64,000 nucleotides of DNA from Octopus vulgaris. Lineage: Eukaryota. Positions 25,573 through 38,974 of this stretch are shown here, one piece after another. Position 1 is the stretch's first letter. Every line of letters begins with the position of its first letter. The position numbers and the translations under genes were made by a program. The notes beneath the pieces were generated by a model. That model did no database searches and was not told where the DNA came from. It was given only the letters and a program-made list of their open reading frames with translations. The stretch lies in assembly GCA_951406725.2 (NCBI GenBank), contig OX597825.1:13020001-13084000 (forward strand), in the 5' to 3' direction.

Positions 25573-25945
25573 AACATTTTACGGTCATTCACGTAGGAAG
25601 ATGTTTGATATTCACTGGATTCTTCAATTTCGTAATTGTTTGTATTAATCTTCAGACTAGACATATCTTTGTATGTGCACGTGTGCTTCTGTGTGTGTAT
25701 ACACATGTATATGTATGTATTTATGTATGTATGTATGCATGTTGCTCAGTGATGAATCATGTTTATTATTGTTTGTTTATATACATATAAACACTTCAAA
25801 GGTGTTGTCAGTAAACTCTGTAGATTTAAGTGGTTTATACAAATACATATAGACGCGTATACACACAGGGAATTAAACACAAAAACATATGAATGTCTAT
25901 TTTTGAATGTATTTCAATCTATCTATCTACCTATCTATCTCTCTG

Positions 25946-26010
<65 letters not shown>

Positions 26011-26140
26011 ATAAATGTGTGTGTGTGTGTGTGTGTGTGTGCATGTCAAGAGAGACCGAACAATGAGGCATATTTTTACATCCATATTTGATGTGTTTCT
26101 ATGTACGTATGTATAATACATAGATTACATAGATTCTATC

Positions 26141-26227
<87 letters not shown>

Positions 26228-26290
26228 CGCTAATTTATCTCTAATTTAATATATATATATATATGTATGTATGTATGTATGTATATATAT

Positions 26291-26321
<31 letters not shown>

Positions 26322-26338
26322 GCATGTATGTATGTATG

Positions 26339-26384
<46 letters not shown>

Positions 26385-26663
26385 TATGTGTGTGTGTATG
26401 TATGCATCCATACACACTGGAACACATGTGCGCACACAGGTACACACACACACTCCCACTCTCACACACACACATGCTAGTAGGCGCCATTTAATTATCA
26501 CACGTGTCAAGTAATCATGAAATGTAAATTTCGTAGCTAAATATATTCGAAAATTCAACTGATTCCACTGTGACGATTATTCTGTGTACTTTTTAGACTT
26601 CTCATCAACATGGCGGTTATAGTCAAATGATAATTTGATAAAAACAAACTTTTAATCAAGATT

Positions 26664-26915
26664 CTGCCTAAACGCCGCTAGCTAGATAACTCGGAATAAA
26701 GAAAACAAAGGCTCGAAGAAAATAGATTAAGAGAAGCAAATTGCTGTCAGCGAGAAACACTAGAAGGGAGGCTACAAATTCGTGAAGAAAATAAAGCGTA
26801 TAGAGAGAATCGTGGATTGAAAGAAATACCAGAGCAGAGCCAGTACAATCGTAGAAAACATAGCGTGGACAGCAAGTATTTACGACAGCATTGCCTTCGG
26901 GTAGACAGAATAAGG
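26664..26915 (+). pseudogene. Decayed R/E-rich repeat fragment resembling Helitron N-terminal STPR-like repeats
   Basis: LPKRR*LDNSE*RKQRLEENRLREANCCQRETLEGRLQIREENKAYRENRGLKEIPEQ; ET.E.R spacing with stops. Confidence 0.3.
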
Positions 26916-27344
26916 TATGCTAACCGAATAATACTAATTTTCATTTGGAAATAATGATATTCGGTACCTTTAGTTATGGTAGAAGTTATAGTCAGAAATC
27001 TGATAGAATCTCCTCCTGTGATTACGTTTCAAAACTATGCACCATATTGTGAAGAAAAATTAGAAGCAAGAGCAGCTGGGTGATGCTGGATCTTGACGGA
27101 TCTTTGTAAAAGCGGTCAAAAGCGAAATGGGATGCCCAATACCAGCGTGTGGTCTGTGACAAATGAGGCTTTACCAAAACAAGCTTTCCTAACCTAGAAA
27201 AAGGGCAAGTAAAATTGGGCAGTTAGAGGCTCAAACTGGATGGCTTGTACAAGTATCCCGAAGTCCAAATCTCTGATGAAGCCACATTTACGAAATTAGG
27301 ACACGGTTAACCATGATTAGAAATACATAGAAAAACCTACTCTT

Positions 27345-27850
27345 TTAATTGTTTCAGTCATTTGACTGCGGCCATGCTGGATCACCGTCTTTATAGTCGA
27401 GCAAATCGCCCTCAGAGCTTATTTTTTGTATGCCTAGTACTTATTCTATCTGTCTTTTTTGCCGAACAGCTAAGTTACGGGGACTTAAACACACCAGCAT
27501 CAGTAGTCAACCGATGCTGGGGTGATAGGCAGACACACAAACACACACACACACACAAACACACAAACACACCCACAAACATTAGCGGAATTTGAACTCA
27601 GAAAGCAAAACCAGAAAGATTTCGTTGCTAAGCATTTCGCCCGGCGTGCTAACGTTTTTGCCAGTTCGCCACCTTCAACCAGCTTTATATTCTATGTTCA
27701 CATGTTGCCGCAGTCAATTTTGCTTTTCACTCTCTTGGGGGGGGAGGTCGATAAAATAAGTACCAGTTGCGCATTGGGGGTGCATCTAATCGACTTAATT
27801 CTATCACTCGAAATTGCCGGTCTAGTGTGCTAAATATTGAAATAGTATTC
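27345..27850. mobile_element. Cluster of SINE B (minus) and SINE A fragments
   Basis: GTTTCAGTCATTTGACTGCGGCCATGCTGG at 27351; GGAATTTGAACTCAGAA at 27587; GTCGATAAAATAAGTACCAG at 27747. Confidence 0.75.
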
Positions 27851-28387
27851 CTTAACAAAACGTTAATATGACAAGAATAGCAGTGCTTGTACTTGTGGCA
27901 GCAACGAAAATTAATTCTCAAATATGATTGTTATAGTTTTAATTAAAATTAATGCATGATTATATTGGTTGGTTTTGTTTTTTCCGCTTCTCTTTTTTAT
28001 TTTAACAATAAAACCAACGCTGCCATCAATAATTGCTTAAACAGCAGCAACAGTAGCAAACATATACGGTTTCATTTGTTAAAAGAGTATTAGAGTGTCA
28101 AACTACCGCGTTTATGCATTTAACCTTTATAATTCCGATTGTCATTGAAACGACCGCTTCACGTTTACAGCTTGGAATCGAATTCAATTGGTTTTTGATC
28201 AGAAAATAGATCTTCATTTCTTGTTAATTATATATGATATCTTCGTTTTGTTCTCTTCTTACAAAATCAGGAGTTAATTTAACTTCAACCTGTAACATGT
28301 TAATTATGAAATGCAGTTATATCCATTTACTTTCTGTTTTCGAATTCTGCCATTTTGTCGATGTGATTGTAATTAATCTGAAGTAGA

Positions 28388-28830
28388 AAGGCGGGAAGCT
28401 AGCAAACTCGTTAGCTCACCGGACGAAATACTTAGCACCGGAATCCTTCTGGTTTTGCATTCTGAGTTCAAATTCCCCTAAGGTCGACGTTGCCTTTCAT
28501 TCTCTCAAGTTCGTTGGACTAAGTACCAGCTGCGTACTGAGGTCGATGCAATCAACTTGTTCCCACCCCTCTCCAAAATATCAAACCCCTCACATTTAAC
28601 AAAAGGGATTATTATTAAGACTACAAGCTGAGAGTTTCGTTACCATGCACGACAAAAAGCCTGACGGCCCTAATTCATGGTTTAAATTCTACGTTCAAAT
28701 TTCACTGAGATAGAATTTCCCTTTCTTGCTTTCGGAGTCGATAAAATGGGTACCAGTTAAGTACTTCGTCGATGTAACTGACTGACCCTTTCACTCAAAA
28801 TTTCAGGCCTTGTACCTAAAGTTTAACGAA
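28388..28830 (+). mobile_element. Two diverged SINE A copies
   Basis: TCTGAGTTCAAATTCC..AGGTCGAC.TTGCCTTTCAT and GGAGTCGATAAAATGGGTACCAG. Confidence 0.7.
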
Positions 28831-30001
28831 TTAATCTGAAGTAAAGAATTAAACACCAGAAAAGTACGGACCAACTTTCACAAGAAGACTAAATACATAT
28901 GCATTCATAACCTCTGATGTATTTGTACTCAACTAATTAATCTCGAAGCAAATAACTCCGTATAATTATTTAAACAACTTTTCACATTCGACTGTTTTCT
29001 TCGTGTTTTAATAATTAGCTTTCCGACAGCTTGGAAGGAAGAAGTAAAGAAATATTGATCAACATTGCAGAAGCTAAAATTAGTCGATTTGCATCACATT
29101 CGACTGGAAGAAAGTGACCTTTTGGTTTAAACCCGTGTTCTAAATTCACAGAAAAACAAAATACAATGGATATAAATTCACGTTTTTTTTTACCTTTCAC
29201 TGGTTACAGTCACTGGGATGAGGCAATGTTGGGGCACCGCATTGAATTATTTAATCGAACGAATCATATTTTCTTTGAAAATCTTGTATTAATTTTATTG
29301 GTCTCTCTGACATGTGTAGGTATGTAAGTATGTATGTATGACTGTATGTATGTATGCATGTATGTATGTATGTATGTATGTATGTATCTATGTATGTATG
29401 TATGTACGTATGTATTAATGTATGCATGCATGTATGTGTGTGTGTATGTTTGTATGTATGAAAGTATGCATGTATGCATGTATGTGTCTGTGTATGTATG
29501 GATGTATGTATGTATGTATGAATGTATGTATGTGTATATGTATGTATGCATGTATGTATGTGTGTATGTGCGTATGTATGAATGTATGCACGTATGTATG
29601 TATGTGTGTGTATGTTTTGTATGTATGTATGAGTGTATGTATGTATGAATGTATGCATGTATGTTTGCATGTGTGTGTGTATGTTTGTATGTATGTATGT
29701 GTGTATGTATATGTGTATGTATGTATGTATGTGTGTATGTATGTATGCATGTATGTATGTATGAATGTATGCATGTATGTTTGTATGTGTGTGTGTATGT
29801 TTGTATGCATGTATGTATGTATGCATGTATATATGTATGCATGTATATATGTATGTGTGTATGTATGTATGTATGTATGTATGTATGTATGTATGTATGT
29901 ATGTATGTATGCATGTATGTATGTATGCCATTGGCACACATTCCGTTACGGCGTCGAATGTTCCAATAGTTCTAGACAACGGAACACGTGTCCATTAACG
30001 T

Positions 30002-30180
30002 AGTTAAGTTAAATTAAGTTAAGTTAATTTTTTGGCTCAAAAAGCAAAAAGCAAGGCCATGTCAGGGGGACATGGAGTTATGTACAGGGGGGAGGGTGTT
30101 CATGCAAAGAGTTCAGGCCATTTCTGGTCAAGAGAGACTTTGAACAGAGCGGTCGTCGGCATCTTCACTATCTCAGAGAG
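30002..30180 (-). mobile_element. CR1/L2-like LINE extreme 3' end with (TTAAC)n tail
   Basis: Minus frame EIVKMPTTALFKVSLDQKWPELFA*; short UTR containing CATGGCC; AACTT repeats. Confidence 0.6.
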
Positions 30181-30348
30181 ATTCAAAGAGACAGAAACCG
30201 AACGCCAGGACGTGCACAAGAAGCATATCAATCTGAGAGGGTTGCTAACATTTCGAGAGCAGCTCTTCTTCAGAAAGGGTAATGTCCAAAGACAAAGAAG
30301 GAAAAATACGGAAATTTCGCCAACAATCTACGTTCGCTTACATTTCTG
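30180..30348 (-). mobile_element. Diverged hammerhead repeat copy (core CTGAAGA)
   Basis: Minus strand CTTT-CTGAAGA-A-GAG ctgct CTC-GAAA-TGTT; upstream AATGT...GTTGGCGA as in the 222-bp family. Confidence 0.55.
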
Positions 30349-30419
30349 TTACATATATATATATTTACATATACATATGCATATACATATTTCAACATGT
30401 GGTCTCTTAAGCACCACCA

Positions 30420-30611
30420 GCTCAAATATTTTCTCCTCTGTCTTCCCTCCTTGGGACCTTTCCTTCTCCTTGTTTCCGACGAAGAGCTCCGCTCGAAACG
30501 TTAAACTCTCCTTCCCTTCTTTCCTGAGCGTCAATAATACCTTAATTGTTCCACGTCCTGCGTTGCTGTGTTTTTTTCTCTTTTTTCTGTGTTTTCTTGT
30601 TTGGATTAACT
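30420..30611 (+). mobile_element. Monomer of the ~222-bp hammerhead family (core CCGACGA), ending at (TA)n
   Basis: GTTT-CCGACGA-A-GAGC tcc GCTC-GAAA-CGTT-AAAC at 30472-30506; TTGGATTAACT then (TA)n. Confidence 0.85.
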
Positions 30612-30754
30612 TTATATATATATATATATATACTTTCGTATTGCATTACTATTTTCATTGAAACTTCTTCACTATTCTCGTTCTGTTAACGTTTTGGCGT
30701 TCAGACGAGTGTACTGGCATAGATGTAGCACCATTTGAAATTTTGTCTAGGTAT

Positions 30755-30825
30755 ATGCAGCTGATGAGGACAAATCAAATCTACGTTGTCAAACGTATTT
30801 GAAGAGTCTGAAACCGGTCCTGCAT
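30755..30825 (+). ncRNA. Minimal type I hammerhead ribozyme with canonical core
   Basis: ATGCAG-CTGATGA-GGAC...GTCT-GAAA-CCG-GTC-CTGCAT; 6-bp stem I, extended stem II hairpin, palindromic ACCGGT, GUC site; inside a ~380-bp insert (30633-31010) flanked by (TA)n. Confidence 0.85.
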
Positions 30826-31190
30826 TATCCGTTTCTAGGTTTTTCATTTTTCAGATGTTCTTCCTAGAGGTAAGCCAAATTTGTTTCATGTTTGTTGCAC
30901 ACACAGGTCTTTGCTAGTATATACGCAGTGAAGCTATACAATTGCGTCGTATTTATTACGATCGCTATTTTCCAGTAAATATCGGTACTTCGTTGTACCA
31001 TTTATTTAGTTTTATATATATATATATACCTACATCTACATGTATATATACATGTATATATGGGTACAGGACACCAAAAAAACGTCGAACACGTACATAT
31101 ATGTATGTATATATGCATGTTTTTTATATTAATTTGTTATTACACGACAGAACCCACGCATCCATTTCTAAGTAAGTTTGTTCTTAATAT

Positions 31191-31601
31191 TCTCTCTCTT
31201 TCTCTTTTCTCTTTTACTTGTTTCAGTCATTTGACTGCGGCCATGCTGGAGCACCACCTTTAGTCGAGCAAATCGACCCCGGGACTTATTCTTTGTAAGC
31301 CCAGTACTTATTCTATCGGTCTCTTTTGCCGAACCGCTAAGTGACAGGGACGTAAACACACCAGCATCGGTTGTCAAGCAATGCTAGGGGGACAAACACA
31401 GACACACAAACATATACACACACACTTATATATATATATACATATATACGACAGGCTTCTTTCAGTTTCCGTCTACCAAATCCACTCACAAGGCATTGGT
31501 CGGCCCGGGGCTATAGCAGAAGACAATTGCCCAAGATGCCACGCAGTGGGACTGAACCCGGAACCATGTGGTTGGTCAGCAAGCTAATTACCACACAGCC
31601 A
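31191..31601 (-). mobile_element. tRNA-derived SINE family B, near full length
   Basis: Minus strand TGGCTGTGTGGTAA...GGTTCAGTCCC head, internal (TA)/(TG) tract, tail GGTGCTCCAGCATGGCCGCAGTCAAATGACTGAAAC. Confidence 0.92.
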
Positions 31602-33216
31602 TTATTAATTTGTTATTATTACACGACAGAACGCACGCATCCATTTCTAAGTAAGTTTGTTCTTAATATATATATATATATCAATTGATATTAAATTCTA
31701 TACACTCGTAACATGAAAGTTTTACGGTGAAATATAAGTATGTCGAGCTCTCACAGATAGTCATCATCAGTATTGATTTTGCCTTAACAAAATCATAAAA
31801 TATATATTCTAAAAGTTTGTACTCCTCCAGAGTTTTAGTCGTCAATACTGGTAATAGTTAAAAGTAAAAATAAATGTTGATCAATAGAGTCAAATGACTC
31901 GTTCGTTCACATTAATTTTTGCAATGTGGTTCACAGAGTCTGTTATTTAAATTCGGAGTTATGTCTACAAAGCTAACTGTATTAATATTAACTATTAAAC
32001 GTATATTGTAACATAATTCTGTCTTTAACACGCGGGTTGCAATTAGTGAGTCTTATTAATTCATCGTTTCGATATGACACTCCGCGTTTAAACTTAAAGG
32101 AATATTCTTTAAATTTTTAATTACATATAATTCAATAAAATCAATTATTTCCGGCTAATCATTCGCTTCCCTGCAATCATCAAAAGAAATGCTGGATTTT
32201 GCATTTAATCCGTAGCGACTGGTCGAAATTGATAACTGATTTCTTGGCCGTGTCACATCCCTTCTATTTCAAAACATTTCATCTTATAATTCTATCAACG
32301 TCAATAATCTTATCAAGATGAGTTCCTATAATAGATGCATAATAATTATTTATGTCAAATTTCAGAAACATACTTCTAAAATTATTATCAATATTGTGAA
32401 ATCAATCTATCAGTTCTTATGGATAAATCCATAAATTTAACTCGGCCTTTTATCTTTCGCCTTTTATCTCTTTAATTTCTATCTAATTTCCTCTAATTAA
32501 TTCATCCAGTATCGCATTTAATTGGATATATAAATCTCATAGATGGGATTCCATTGAAATCTACCACGTGATGTTTTAAAGCAAAGTACAGCTTTCTTAG
32601 TTTCGTTGGTTTGATCTATCATGTCTAAGGAGTCGTGAACTAATTGTGTAGTCCTCCGTTATTAGTCTAATTTAAACTGCTCCACATAGTCTTCCGATGT
32701 CCAGTCGGGTGTACTCGTCATGATCTACAAAATATTTATTGGCTGTCATATCGGAGTGAACTCGCATCACTACGAATTTTGACATACTCCGATTATGCAT
32801 TTTGGGAAATCGCTAAGATATTCACATTCTTCTTCAATCTGATTATTTTCATTATCTTTTGTCCTTTTCCTTATCTCACTCATTGGACAGCGGCCGTGCT
32901 GATACCCCGGCTTGAATAGGTTTTAAACGAACAAACCTCGGGTTGAAACTCATAAAGAAAAAAATAAGCTTTAAGCTTATAACCGTTCAATTTGTATTGG
33001 CTATAGAAAATAGTCTAATATCGGGGCGTATAAGCCCCAACCCACAGAACAAATGGGTGTCATTACGCGTACGAATGGCCGCTTTTACTGTTTGTTATGG
33101 CCGATATACGGTGAACACTTATAAGATTAAAACTTATAATTGGCATATACAAAATTTTCACTCGTCTCCACATCTTTGTTTAATGCAGAAGAAACACACA
33201 GATACAGACGCACCAC

Positions 33217-33291
<75 letters not shown>

Positions 33292-33339
33292 CAGACAGAC
33301 AGAGAGACATTCAGACCAACAGACAGACAGACAGATAGG

Positions 33340-33481
<142 letters not shown>

Positions 33482-33898
33482 TACTGAACATAAAGTAAGT
33501 TTATAAGTAAAAAACTGTCACATTCATAAAAGACACTTTTAAGAATTAAGGCGTATTTTCCTTTGATGTACATGTGTTTACACGTCTACACACACACGGA
33601 GGCATACGCTTACATGTATACATACATACATACATACATACATACATACATACATACATACATACATACATACATGCATACATACATACATACATGCATA
33701 CATACACACACACACACACACGCATACGCTTACATGTATACATACATACATACATACATACATACATGCATACATACATACATACATACATACATGCATA
33801 CATACATACATACATACATACATACATACATACATACATACATACATACATACATACATACATACATACATACATACATACATACATACATACATACA

Positions 33899-33931
<33 letters not shown>

Positions 33932-34852
33932 TCACACATGCATATAGTTCCGAGTTCACTCCCATAAATGTCTTCTAAGAGAGCCTGCTTGCCGTGTTCT
34001 CTTCACTGAGGACCTGGTTGGGTTGACTGCTCGAGTTCTTCAACCAGATGAGGAGGTATCTGGAGAAACTGGAGACTAGTTAAGACCATACACAAAGAAC
34101 CACTCGGGAGGACCCAAGAATAGACCGACAACTGGTGAATACAGCAACCCGCTGCAACGGTGCACGCCCCCTACATCTGTCCTGGTTTGATCTCAGAGAT
34201 ACCTACTTAATTCGTTTTCCCAAGTATTTCGACGTCCGTTGAATTTTATTTTAGCAATGGCTTTGTCGAAATTATTCGGTAATTACTAGATCTCTTCTAA
34301 TTATAGCTTAAAGGAATGTTAAATACAATAGTTAATTTAAGTGTAATTAGCTTTATTGTAAATTATTTTCTGGCACGACATTGCTGTGTGCCCTTTCTTT
34401 ATCTAGTCAAATATATTTAGATGAAAATAACTAGAGTCATAAGGAGACAGTTCCGGTATTTAAATGTTCTTGTTTGTTTTAATTTTCTGCCCTCAGTGAA
34501 ACACATTCTCATTTAAAACTCTCTACAATGTTTTGGCTTTTTTGTAAGCCATAAATTATCAGGCTTCTCTTCTTTCTAAAATATTTCATTAATATAATTT
34601 CTGCGGGTTCCTTGTACCAATTATGAGGTCTTCATTAATAACACACTTCTGTATAAATACAATAGATTTAACTAGTGATTATTTATTGGTAAAGTCATAC
34701 GACTGTCAGTTTATGCAACCCGATCGTATTAAAGTATATAAGATTTTAATTATAAGATAATGGCCGTTTTCTAAACGGCCATTATTGTTATCGAAGAGTG
34801 TGAATCTCATTTACGTTGGCAATTCTTATTACAAATAAATAACTGAATAAAA

Positions 34853-35650
34853 AAGGCGATGAGCTGGCAGAAATATTAGTACGCTTGGCGAAATGCGTAG
34901 CCGTATTTCGTCTGCCGTTACGTTCTGAGTTCAAATTCCGCCGAGGTCGAATTGCCTTTCATCCTTTCGGGGTCGATTAAACAAGTACCAGTTACGCACT
35001 GGGGTCGATATAATCGAATTAATCCATTTGTCTGTCCTTGTTTGTCCCTTCTGTGTTGAGCCCCTTGTGGGTAGTAAAGAAATAGGTATTTCGTCTGCCG
35101 TAACTTTCAGTGTTCAAATTCCGCCGAGGTCGACTTTGCCTTTCATCATTTCGGGGTCAATAAACTAAGTACTAGTTACGCACTGGGGTCGATGTAATCG
35201 ACTTAATCCCTTTGTCTGTCTTTGTTTGTCCCCTCTAAATTTAGCCCCTTGTGGGCAATAAAGAAATAAGAAACGTTAGCACGCCGAGCGAAATGCTTAG
35301 CGCTATTTCGTCTGCCGTTACATTCAGAGTTCGAATTCCGCTGTGGTCAACTTTGCCTTTCATCCTTTCGGGCTCAATATATTAAGTGCCAGTTGCGTAC
35401 TAGGGTCGATCTAATCGGCTGGCCCCCTCTCCAAAAATTTCGGGCCTTGTGCCTAGAGTAGAAAAAGAATCGTTAGCACACTGGACTAGCGCCATTCTGT
35501 CCGTCTTCATGTTCTGAGTTCAAACTCAGCCCAGGTCGACTCTGTCTGTCACCCTTTTAGTGGTCAATTAAATAAGTACCCGTTGAGTATTACGGCCAAT
35601 GTATTCGACATACACTCTCTCCCGAAGTTGTTGGCATGGTACCAATATTT
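34853..35650 (+). mobile_element. SINE family A concatemer (4 units)
   Basis: GTTCAAATTCCGCCGAGGTCGA-type unit at about 34929, 35112, 35329 and 35518. Confidence 0.9.
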
Positions 35651-35761
35651 GAAATCGAGATATAACTGAACGAAATATTCAGTAAACTATTTCGGGCTTA
35701 ACGAAACCTTGTAGGGAACTTGAAATGTCCGATTCAGACGAAAAATACCTATATTCTAATA

Positions 35762-36085
35762 CAGTGGTTCTCAACCATTTCTTTCACGTAGACTTCTTAA
35801 ATTCCTAATTTATTGAAGTGGTCCCTCATTATCATTCAATGATGTGTATTCGCACGCATTTATTTCCACCCACGTGCGTATGTTTGCCTCCAGTTCTAAA
35901 ATATACTGTCGATAAAACTGGTTGATGTATGACATTTTTATAATGAAGTGTTATTAGGAATTGTGTTAAAAGTTTGTTAAAATAAATATTTTAGAAATAT
36001 AAGTCATTTATTGCATATACATTTTAACCACAAAATCTTAATTTGGTCCTTCAATGTCCGTATGGACCTTAACTGAGCACCATTG
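35762..36085. mobile_element. hAT (Charlie-like) MITE
   Basis: Ends CAGTGGTTCTCAAC...CTGAGCACCATTG with 8-bp flanks TTCTAATA / TTATAATA (7/8 identical TSD). Confidence 0.7.
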
Positions 36086-36157
36086 TTATAATATGTAGAA
36101 ATATATACAACAATATTTATATACAATATTATATATTATATGTCTGCAATACGTATA

Positions 36158-36226
<69 letters not shown>

Positions 36227-36448
36227 GGAAGAGAAATAGATAGACAGAAAATTACTCAGCTGGGAAAATATATATTATATCGAGAGAGTGAGACGGAGGA
36301 CACAGAGGGACAATGTGTATATACGTATACATATACGTTTGAAAATATATATTATGTATTCACATATGTATGTATATATACATACATACAATACACGCAC
36401 ACGCACACACACACACACATATATAGATTTAAATGTGTGTGCGTATAA

Positions 36449-36552
36449 AGAGAGACAGAGCGAGATTTATATGGAGAAAGAGAAACAGGCAGATGGAAAA
36501 AGAGAGACAGAGCGAGATTTATATGGAGAAAGAGAAACAGGCAGATGGAAAA
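36449..36552 (+). repeat. ~52-bp tandem repeat, 2 copies
   Basis: AGAGAGACAGAGCGAGATTTATATGGAGAAA.AGAAACAGGCAGATGGAAAA twice. Confidence 0.9.
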
Positions 36553-37008
36553 TTTGATAGCTGGGAAGAAGGCCAGAGGCAAATAATATCAGAGTGACGT
36601 CTTATATATGTCTGAACGATAATGAGACATTTGGAATTAGCGACCGAGATACAACAAAAATTTATGTTAATATTGGAAGCAAAGGCATCTGATAAAATTC
36701 AATTAGTAAAATTACTCTTCTGTTGATTACTGATAAAGTTCTAGGTCAATAGACCTACATGCATCAACAAACCCTTCTAATACACATTATTATTATTATA
36801 TACGCAAATATGGACGAAATATGTAATCACAGACAAACACACACGCACGTACAGACAACATATTACGTTGTATACGTGGATACATGTGTGTATGTATGGA
36901 GAGAGAGAGATAGAGAGAGAGAGAGACAAATATGTAGGTAGGTAGGTAGGTAGGTAGGTAGGTCAGTAGATAGATAGATAGACAGACACACAGACAGACA
37001 GATAGATC

Positions 37009-37140
<132 letters not shown>

Positions 37141-37290
37141 CACAGATAGATACAGAAGTATATGTGTGTGTGTGTGTGTGTATGCGTGGTATGTATACAG
37201 GCATAGATAAATACTTATATGTATGCAGCAAAGCATATTTCCGTACAGAATGTACGTACACACATGTATGTTTCTGAATGTATGCATGTG

Positions 37291-37361
<71 letters not shown>

Positions 37362-37577
37362 GTATGTGTGTGTGTGTGTGTGTGTATATACGAGTGTATT
37401 TATGCGTGTATGCGTGTGTGTGCATGCTTGTATATGTGTGTGTATATGTGTATACACATATGCATACATACATATATATGTGTATATACATATATATATA
37501 TATATATATGCATATTATGATTGTTCATAATAACGCATGGATATACATTTTTATGAAGCAGCTCTCATACCTCTCTT

Positions 37578-37620
<43 letters not shown>

Positions 37621-38084
37621 AGCGCATGCGCATATATATCCATATTTGTATGTGTAATCATGTTCGTAATTATTGCTGAAATTGAAATATATATTGTACA
37701 AAATAGGTAAATTTGTGTTCTATATTTATTTCTGGAGACTATGTGTAATTGTGAATTTCCTATTTTCTGGGATTTTTTTATATTATTATTATCTACCAGA
37801 TATGATGAATTATATTGATTTAGTGAAAAGATTCAAACTAGAAGCAATGAACAATACTGTTATACATAAGTATATATAAACTTAAATATATAGTAATATA
37901 TAAGTGTGCATATGAGCGAGTATTTGCCGGTGTACGTGTGTATATATATATATGTAAATATTAATATATACATATTTATATATACCAATATGTGTGTGAT
38001 GCTGTGTGTGTGTGTGTGAGAGTGTATATGTGTGTGTGTGGCCATGTATCCGACTCTCAAAAAACGCTCCACTTTCCGCATGTT

Positions 38085-38262
38085 TATATCATCATCATCA
38101 TCATCATCATTGTCATCATCATCGTCGTAGTCGTCATCATCGTTTAATGTCTGCTTTCCATGTTAGCATGGATTGAATTGTTCGACATGGAGCTGTCTAG
38201 TCGCCAACTGTTTGTTGTGACATGGTTTCTTACGGCTGGATGCCCTTCCTAACGTCAACCAA
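38085..38262 (-). mobile_element. SINE/RTE-type 3' tail ending in (GAT)n
   Basis: Minus strand GGTTGACGTTAGGAAGGGCATCCAGCCGTAAGAAACC...CATGCTAACATGGAAAGCAGACATTAAACGATGATG; related sequence at 16615-16710 and 38920-38975. Confidence 0.65.
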
Positions 38263-38304
38263 TATATTTTATATTTTTTATATATACATATTTTATATAT
38301 TTTG

Positions 38305-38362
<58 letters not shown>

Positions 38363-38477
38363 GAATGTATGGTGTATATCTTGCAAAAATATATGTATAA
38401 AGTAGTGATCCCCTTCTAAAAATGATGAATAAATAATATACAAAGAATTACTTCGACGGGAGTATAGCATTCATAGT

Positions 38478-38780
38478 TCATATCATCGTGATCACCGTGA
38501 CCGACCAGGCTATCAGATGTTGTTACACATCACTGGTCACAATGCGCTTCGCATTGTTTTAGCCTTCAAATGACGTCACCCGCTGGCTAAGCGAGCAGGC
38601 CAACAGAAGAAAGAGTGAGAGAAAGTTGCGGCGAAAGAGTACAGCAAGGTTCGCCACCGCCCCCTACCGGAGCCTCGCGGAGCTTTAGGTGTTTTCGTTC
38701 AATAAACACTCACAACGCCCGGTGCGGGAATCGAAACCGTGATCCTACGATCGCGAGTCCGCTGCCCTAACCACTGGACC
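38478..38780 (-). mobile_element. tRNA-derived SINE family C
   Basis: Minus head GGTCCAGTGGTTAGGGCAGCGGACTCGCGATC...GGTTTCGATTCCC; matches 53783-53961. Confidence 0.85.
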
Positions 38781-38974
38781 TCTAAAGCATGAACCAAATT
38801 GTTCATGAACGCAGAACTAACAACACATGCCCATTTATCCGGCTCTCAAAAAACGCTCCACGTACCGCATGTTTATATCATCATCATCATCATCATCATC
38901 ATTATCATCATCATCGTAATCGTCATCATCGTTTAACGTACGCTTTCCATGTTGGCATGGATTGGATTGTCTGA

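Noticed and set aside
27265-27300. CTGATGA...CGAAA hammerhead candidate
   Set aside because: No stem II pairing and no convincing stem I or NUH site
30032-30661. 209-aa plus-strand ORF
   Set aside because: It crosses an antisense LINE end, two hammerhead repeats and TA tracts; a chance read-through
38715-38780. tRNA gene (also 42134-42204, 53890-53961, 61030-61101)
   Set aside because: A/B boxes are present, but no complete cloverleaf is evident and each runs into a repeat body; these are SINE heads
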